A stretch of DNA of 64,000 nucleotides from an uncultured Planctomycetia bacterium (GTDB lineage: Bacteria; Omnitrophota; Gorgyraeia; Gorgyraeales; Gorgyraeaceae), in contig CAYPYS010000002.1 of the NCBI GenBank assembly GCA_964415355.1, forward strand, positions 8,048 to 72,047, in the 5' to 3' direction. Under the pieces are notes generated by a model that saw only the letters and a list, made by a program, of their open reading frames with translations, was not told where the DNA came from and did not search any database. Shown here piece after piece: positions 55,224 to 61,008 of this stretch. The position numbers and the translations under genes were made by a program. How positions within the stretch are numbered: position 1 is the stretch's first letter; every line of letters starts with the position of its first letter.

Positions 55224-55346
55224 TTATGCTTTTTTGATTCTTTCAACAACAGCGGTTCTTTTCTGCCTTCTCGCTCTTGCTACAGGAATAAATCTACCTG
55301 TTATAGCGCTTCTTCCAGCCAGCCTTGTTTTACTTTTCTTGCTCAT
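55224..55346 (-). CDS. 40-aa basic peptide MSKKSKTRLAGRSAITGRFIPVARARRQKRTAVVERIKKA (speculative)
   Basis: RBS gaaaggaggtgg; directly follows terminator cassette copy 3. Confidence 0.25.
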   Translation of the reverse strand: MSKKSKTRLAGRSAITGRFIPVARARRQKRTAVVERIKKA

Positions 55347-55370
55347 TGCAATCCACCTCCTTTCTCAAAA

Positions 55371-55410
55371 AACAGAAAAACCCTCACAGCTTTCGCCATG
55401 AAGGTTTTAC
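55371..55410 (-). terminator. terminator cassette copy 3 (minus strand)
   Basis: reverse complement = gtaaaaccttcatggcgaaagctgtgagggtttttctgtttttt. Confidence 0.45.
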
Positions 55411-55614
55411 TTTTTTAACGTCCGGGATTTACCCCTTCTTAACTCGGGACTTTATTTGATTATACTTATATTTTACATGCCAGGGGTGGGTTTGTCAAGG
55501 ATTTGCACTCTCGTTAACTCATTTGCAAATCACTTTTTAACCCCGTCTGCCCTCGCCTACCCTTTTCTCTCTATCTAAGACACTGCATCATCGAAGCCTT
55601 AAAGCTTTTCCTCG

Positions 55615-55661
55615 CCCTGTAGTGTTTCGGAGGTCTCTCACGCCTCCGAAACACTACAGGG
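55615..55661. repeat. perfect 19-bp-stem hairpin (ccctgtagtgtttcggagg-N9-cctccgaaacactacaggg), no T-run
   Basis: read directly. Confidence 0.6.
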
Positions 55662-55797
55662 CTCCCAAACCCAAAACACCTAAATGAGATCGCTTCGTCG
55701 CCTACGGCTCCTCGCAATGACGTTCTTCTCGACTCGCTTCGCTCGCTCGAAGAATATTACCTTTCTCTACTACCCCCCCCTATCTCTTCCCCTCCTA

Positions 55798-56160
55798 CTA
55801 CAATATACTAAACATAACCACTACCCCTAAAACCACTGTAAAAACCCCATATACCCGCCAGGCGATGAGAGGGCGGCTGGTGAAGTAGTTGAATGTGGAT
55901 ATTAGGGTGTTCCTGGGGGATATGAGTATGAATAGGGCTTTTATTAGGGATATTATGCCTAAGAGCTTTATGAAGAGCTGGAGGCGTGATGCAGGGTGAG
56001 CCCAGAGGAATAATATGCCTGCTAGTAAAGGCAGTATGAATAGGGGTTTTGTTGGCTTTATTAGCTTGGTATAAAAGGTTTTTGATTTTAAGGGGAATAT
56101 GAGAAATACTAGGCCTGCGAGGAGCCAGAAGACGGAAATTACTAATAGAAATATTTTCAT
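55798..56160 (-). CDS. small polytopic membrane protein (4 TM helices)
   Basis: hydrophobicity pattern. Confidence 0.45.
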   Translation of the reverse strand: MKIFLLVISVFWLLAGLVFLIFPLKSKTFYTKLIKPTKPLFILPLLAGILFLWAHPASRLQLFIKLLGIISLIKALFILISPRNTLISTFNYFTSRPLIAWRVYGVFTVVLGVVVMFSIL

Positions 56161-56168
56161 ATGTCACT

Positions 56169-56804
56169 TTACTCTTTTGGTTCAGTCAAAGTTTCTATTT
56201 CTTCATGGACTGTCTCTGCAGCTTCGGTTGCGACTTCTGCTGGCTCGGGTATGCTTTTTGCTGCAGGTCTCGTTCCCCCAGAGATTTCATGTAAAATAAT
56301 TTTCTTGGTTGCTTCATACTCTGTTTCCGTGATCAATTTCTTATCATATAAAGACTGTAATTGAACTAATTTATCTTCAAGCGTCGCATCTTTTTTTACT
56401 GCTCTTGAAGCGGAAGTCGCTGTAGCATTAGTTAATCTCTTCATCTCTACATGGACGCTTTCCGGGACAAGTTTCCATTGAGCGCCTGTCATAGCATCTA
56501 CTCCCCATCCTATCAAACCACCAAGAAGAATGTTTCCAGCAACAGCACCGCTTATAACATGCATCAATAACACATGTTCTGTTTCATAACCTTCTTTGGT
56601 AAATATAAGGTTATGATCTGTTTTTCTTCGCAGTTTTAAAGTCGTGGGTGTCTTATGGGAACCTGTTCCATCTACGCTAACTGTAGCACCTGGAGGATTA
56701 GTAGAAACCGGGACTCTTTGGTTTGGACCACAAGTAATTGTAGCACAACCAGACATGGTGAGAATAAAAACCATCAAGACTGCACAGATGAAGATTTTCT
56801 GCAT
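56169..56804 (-). CDS. lipoprotein with PEGA-like and C-terminal SHOCT domains
   Basis: lipobox MSGC; LVQLQSLYDKKLITETEYEATKKIIL SHOCT-like; start trimmed to MQKIF after RBS. Confidence 0.5.
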   Translation of the reverse strand: MQKIFICAVLMVFILTMSGCATITCGPNQRVPVSTNPPGATVSVDGTGSHKTPTTLKLRRKTDHNLIFTKEGYETEHVLLMHVISGAVAGNILLGGLIGWGVDAMTGAQWKLVPESVHVEMKRLTNATATSASRAVKKDATLEDKLVQLQSLYDKKLITETEYEATKKIILHEISGGTRPAAKSIPEPAEVATEAAETVHEEIETLTEPKE

Positions 56805-56948
56805 ATAGTGTTCCTTTCTTTTTATCTTCATTATGATATAACAACAAAAAGCAACCCCGACATTATGCCAAGATTGCTTTATATTATAGAAATATTGACT
56901 TCTTTCCCACTCCCACCCCATTGTGGTTATTGTATATATGATACTACG

Positions 56949-56977
56949 TTAGGCTTATTGAGTCAAGGTGAGGCGTG
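56949..56977 (-). promoter_or_regulatory. minus-strand promoter TTGACT-17-TATCAT within a conserved 45-bp module (copy 1)
   Basis: near-identical module at 60950-60998. Confidence 0.5.
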
Positions 56978-57042
56978 TTATGTACTAAATGTGGATAGCG
57001 GAAGACAGTGAGTAAAGGTTAGGTTAACTGTGTAGATAGAAT

Positions 57043-59277
57043 TTATTTGGCATATAAATGTTTTCTAACCAGGTCAAAATCATCTAATGCATCATGCGGC
57101 ATTGCAGCGCCATATCTTTCTATAATAGCTATATACTCCTCCCTTGTATCTCCTTGGACATTATCAGCTATTATAAAAACCGTTCTTTCAGGGATTTCAA
57201 TGCGTTTTCTTATTTCATCTTCTTGAGTCTTGAAATATACAATAATGACCGGAACTTCGTGCGGAGAAATATTACTAATTCCATGTCTAATTTTTTCTAA
57301 TCCAGCTTCATCCGCTAATATGTTACCTTCAAATAAGCTTGCTCCATTAAATAAGACAGGAGTTGCTTCTATTAAAGAAGAAGCGTGTTTATCATATTGC
57401 AGCTCAATATCCTTTTGAACAAAAGCAAGAACCATGGCAGCAATAAGCATTGGCGTGACTTCTTCTTTCGCTACAAGTTCTTGCATTAAAGGCAATTCAG
57501 ATGGACTAAGACCGATATCGTTAAGAACCTCTTGCGGTAATTCAGATAGGTCTAAATCAAAACCTGCAAAGTCTGCTGGTGAAAATTCAAATAAGTTTAG
57601 ACCAAAGCCAGCCCTGTACGCATGCCCTCCGCCCCATCTTCCTTTAGGTCCATTTATACATAAGAAGCTGACATCGATTTCATCAAAATCAGATCTCCGC
57701 GCCAAAAGTACAGCCATGCTATTATCTTCTGCTATATAATAATGTACCAATACTCTGTTGCCAAACTGACCATTATCATTAAGAAGGCCGAATACTATCT
57801 TGTGCACGAGAAGGGTAACGTTACCTTTTTCTGCCGGAATTTTATAAAAATAAACCTTCCTGTTAGAAGCAAGGAATTCTTTTATAGAGCCATCAACCTC
57901 GTTCATGATACCTCTGGACCACTCAAAGAAATCATCTCCGAATCTCCTCTGCATCGTTTCTTCAAGCCCTCTCCTTAAATCTTCAAAGGAACCGCTAGAA
58001 GAGATAACCTGAATGATTTCTTTCATTGCTCCGCGCCTTTTCGCGAGTTCTTCCGGTTTCCAATTAAATAAATAAGTCCCGCATAGATTAAGTAGCCCTG
58101 AAACATGCCTAGCTTCTTCTGAATCAAGATCTTTGTTTAGACTTGGGAAATTTGAAGAAGAATAATCGGCGTAAAGAGACAGTTGTTTTAAGAAATGATA
58201 CCAAGGATCACCTTCTGTCTTCATCAGGTCTGCTTCAAATGCACCTGAAGCATAGCTATCAGGATCCGCTACTTCTCCGATAATAAGGTGGACATTTATA
58301 AGAAATATTTTATCTCTTTCGTATTTATCAATACAATTGTTAAATGTTCCGATGTTATTAGCAGCTATAAACTCCTTGCTCCATTTATGGTGATCCTGCA
58401 CAATGATAGTATCGAAACCAAAAGAATCGCTTAAACTGCCTCTTTTATATCTATCAGGCTCGGGAAGAAAAACATCCCCTACAAAAAGAGCCCTTTTACC
58501 CTTTAATTCTGAAAAATCAATCATCCTTTCATCTTCTTTATAGTGTGACAAAGGCAAAAGACATATATAAAGCTTCCCGTCGTGCCTCGCATCATTAGGG
58601 TCAGTGATGAATTCTACGTCTCTACCTTTGCCTCCTGCTTCATGAACCAGTCTGCGGTATACTGCTGCAGAAAAAGTAAAAGAATCTCCATCTATCGGTA
58701 TTTTTTGATTGTCATGGGGCGATATAACGACAATAGAATACTCATCAATAATTTTCTCTATCAAGTTGTCCAATAGCTGCTTTATCTTATTAAGATTACT
58801 AGCTTTATTTTCCCATTCATGCGCCAGATACTCTTCTGTTTCTATGACACCCTTGTCCCTATTCTGAATCCTGCGAAACTCACTTTCTTCTTTAGGCCAA
58901 AATAATCCATCTTTATATATTGCATAAGTATTTGTTTCAGCGTGATGTATCCAGGCATTTCCATGGACATCCTCTATCACTTGAAGATCTTCATCTTCTA
59001 TAAACTTAGATAACTCAGGGTCTTTTCTTAAACTTTCAAGAAACTGCTGAGGCGAAATGTTTGTTTTATTCTTCAGTATTTTTTGATAAGCGGCTGATAG
59101 TGATGCCCAGAAATATCTAGAGATTGTATTGCTATCACTATTATTAAAATCAAGCTCTTTTCTAAGATGGGTTTTATTGGATAACTCTATACCATAGACT
59201 GCAGCGTTAAAGAAAAGTACTCCAGCTGCAATTATTGATATAATTTTATAAGTTAAGGGTTTACTAAAGTTTTTCAT
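57043..59277 (-). CDS. large exported/membrane-anchored DHH-DHHA1 family phosphoesterase with about 250-aa N-terminal extension
   Basis: DGD, DHH (IVQDHHKW) and GGGH (GRWGGGHAYRAG) motifs; N-terminal TM/signal. Confidence 0.5.
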   Translation of the reverse strand: MKNFSKPLTYKIISIIAAGVLFFNAAVYGIELSNKTHLRKELDFNNSDSNTISRYFWASLSAAYQKILKNKTNISPQQFLESLRKDPELSKFIEDEDLQVIEDVHGNAWIHHAETNTYAIYKDGLFWPKEESEFRRIQNRDKGVIETEEYLAHEWENKASNLNKIKQLLDNLIEKIIDEYSIVVISPHDNQKIPIDGDSFTFSAAVYRRLVHEAGGKGRDVEFITDPNDARHDGKLYICLLPLSHYKEDERMIDFSELKGKRALFVGDVFLPEPDRYKRGSLSDSFGFDTIIVQDHHKWSKEFIAANNIGTFNNCIDKYERDKIFLINVHLIIGEVADPDSYASGAFEADLMKTEGDPWYHFLKQLSLYADYSSSNFPSLNKDLDSEEARHVSGLLNLCGTYLFNWKPEELAKRRGAMKEIIQVISSSGSFEDLRRGLEETMQRRFGDDFFEWSRGIMNEVDGSIKEFLASNRKVYFYKIPAEKGNVTLLVHKIVFGLLNDNGQFGNRVLVHYYIAEDNSMAVLLARRSDFDEIDVSFLCINGPKGRWGGGHAYRAGFGLNLFEFSPADFAGFDLDLSELPQEVLNDIGLSPSELPLMQELVAKEEVTPMLIAAMVLAFVQKDIELQYDKHASSLIEATPVLFNGASLFEGNILADEAGLEKIRHGISNISPHEVPVIIVYFKTQEDEIRKRIEIPERTVFIIADNVQGDTREEYIAIIERYGAAMPHDALDDFDLVRKHLYAK

Positions 59278-59423
59278 AATGTAGGTAAAAAAATAGCCTC
59301 TCCTTTTTGACTATAAAGGAGAAAGGCTTGCCCTGGTTAATACTTAATCTTATCTTATTATATCATATATGGCTTATATCTCCAAGCCATCTCTTCTTAA
59401 ATTTAAGCTTTATCGGATCCGAT

Positions 59424-60779
59424 TTAATGCCGTTTGAAAGAAAATTTGGGCGTTACCTTTACCAGCTTGCCAGCTATTTCCAACACCGGATATGCAAGAA
59501 AGTTAATCGGACCTGAATCAGGGCCCGGCTCGATCGTAAGGTCCCTGCCGCGGCTGAGTTCGAAACGGTTTGCAGGATGATGTCCGAAGTAGTAGGTCGA
59601 AAGGCTCGAATACTTATCGGCCTCGGAAATATCGATAGGGCGCCACTTTTCTTCGGCATAGAACTCCACCCAACAGTGATAACCGTCTATTCCTCCATTA
59701 TTGCGTTCCGAAGGGATTGCCGCGCCTATAGCAAAGCGGGCTGGGATGCCAACAGCCCTTGCCAAAGATATAAAGTAAGCGTGAAAGTCAGTGCAGTTTC
59801 CTGTGCGGACATTGCATGCATAAACAGCGTCCCCCTTACCCCAGCCAGAGCCGTATTTCATGTAGCGCATGCGGTCGATGACGTGATCGTAAATGGCACG
59901 GGCTCGCACAAGGTTGCCCTTCTTGCCTTTGATAATTGTCTTGGCTATGTCTTTAAAATTTTCATCAATTGGGACGAGGCGGTCTGGCTCAAGACTTTTT
60001 TCCCGATCATCGGACTGCGGACTGTATGCGGATTTTTCAATGCGTTCTACCCGATAATGGATATCGATAGTCTTTGCGCTGTCTTCCGGCCCGAGCTCAA
60101 AGAAAAAAATCTTATTACCGTATTCGGTTTCCTCTAGTATGCGGTAATTTTTAGGTGAATCGATGCTGTCTATATTGACTTTCTGGAATGCGTCTGTTGC
60201 CGGAAAAGGAAGCCACATGCGGGCGATATCGCTTATCTCAGGAAGTTTTACTCTATATGTAAACTCAAACGCGTCTTGGCCCGTGATCACCCCGAGCAAT
60301 TGCGGTGCGGCGCCTTCTATGGGGACTCGTTTCCATGTGCCTCTCCAGTTTTGCTTCCACGCGTAGAACGGGATGCCGTTGAGCTTATGGAGGGTCGTCT
60401 CGGTTACAGTCATGGCGCCGGGGTCACCGGAAAGAAAAAAATCCATGTCATATACATCGCCGGATGTGTCTACCATGTCCACGCAGGCAAAATGGCGGCG
60501 CGGACCAAGGTTCGCCAGGTATTCAGTATGAACGCGTACCAGTTTAAACGAATGTTCCTTGTCGCTCGAGGAGAATTTAAAATAGCCTTCTCCTTGCACG
60601 GTCTGCTCTTCGATGTGTTTCTCTATGCCGGTTTGTATGTCCGATGTTACTACATTGGGCGTAGTTTTGCTTGCTTCTACCGGACTACACCCTTCAAGAG
60701 CAGCGCATAGTACGATTGCCACTGCTATTGTTATATGTCGAATGACAGCATATATTTCTAGCATATATTTTTGTAACAT
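59424..60779 (-). CDS. transglutaminase-like cysteine-protease-domain lipoprotein
   Basis: GNCTDFHAYFISLARAVGIPAR plus downstream His/Asp; lipobox LEGC. Confidence 0.65.
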   Translation of the reverse strand: MLQKYMLEIYAVIRHITIAVAIVLCAALEGCSPVEASKTTPNVVTSDIQTGIEKHIEEQTVQGEGYFKFSSSDKEHSFKLVRVHTEYLANLGPRRHFACVDMVDTSGDVYDMDFFLSGDPGAMTVTETTLHKLNGIPFYAWKQNWRGTWKRVPIEGAAPQLLGVITGQDAFEFTYRVKLPEISDIARMWLPFPATDAFQKVNIDSIDSPKNYRILEETEYGNKIFFFELGPEDSAKTIDIHYRVERIEKSAYSPQSDDREKSLEPDRLVPIDENFKDIAKTIIKGKKGNLVRARAIYDHVIDRMRYMKYGSGWGKGDAVYACNVRTGNCTDFHAYFISLARAVGIPARFAIGAAIPSERNNGGIDGYHCWVEFYAEEKWRPIDISEADKYSSLSTYYFGHHPANRFELSRGRDLTIEPGPDSGPINFLAYPVLEIAGKLVKVTPKFSFKRH

Positions 60780-60802
60780 GTATATGACAGTGAAATCAAT
60801 CT

Positions 60803-60928
60803 TTATTCAGGGTGGTCTGACTTTGGATGATCATGCGAAGGATGTTCTGCCCCAGAGTGTTTTTCGCAGCCTACAAGAGACAAGCTGATAACTGTGCACA
60901 TGAGCGCAAGCAACAATAATTTTTTCAT
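60803..60928 (-). CDS. 41-aa His-rich lipopeptide MKKLLLLALMCTVISLSLVGCEKHSGAEHPSHDHPKSDHPE
   Basis: strong RBS gagggggtag; lipobox LVGC; not in ORF track. Confidence 0.4.
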   Translation of the reverse strand: MKKLLLLALMCTVISLSLVGCEKHSGAEHPSHDHPKSDHPE

Positions 60929-60958
60929 GTCTACCCCCTCTCTGTGTTGATCATATAT

Positions 60959-60987
60959 ATGATACTACTTTGGGTTTATCAAGTCAA
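60959..60987 (-). promoter_or_regulatory. minus-strand promoter TTGACT-17-TATCAT (conserved 45-bp module, copy 2)
   Basis: 24-nt leader to the lipopeptide start. Confidence 0.5.
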
Positions 60988-61008
60988 GATGGGGAAAGCT
61001 CGGGGGAT

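Noticed and set aside
55183-55401. 72-aa + strand ORF
   Set aside because: It overlaps the minus-strand terminator cassette and the better-supported minus-strand small ORF. It has no RBS.
55808-56167. 119-aa minus-strand ORF overlapping 55798-56160 in another frame
   Set aside because: The alternative frame gives a convincing 4-TM membrane protein; this frame is Pro/His-rich low complexity.
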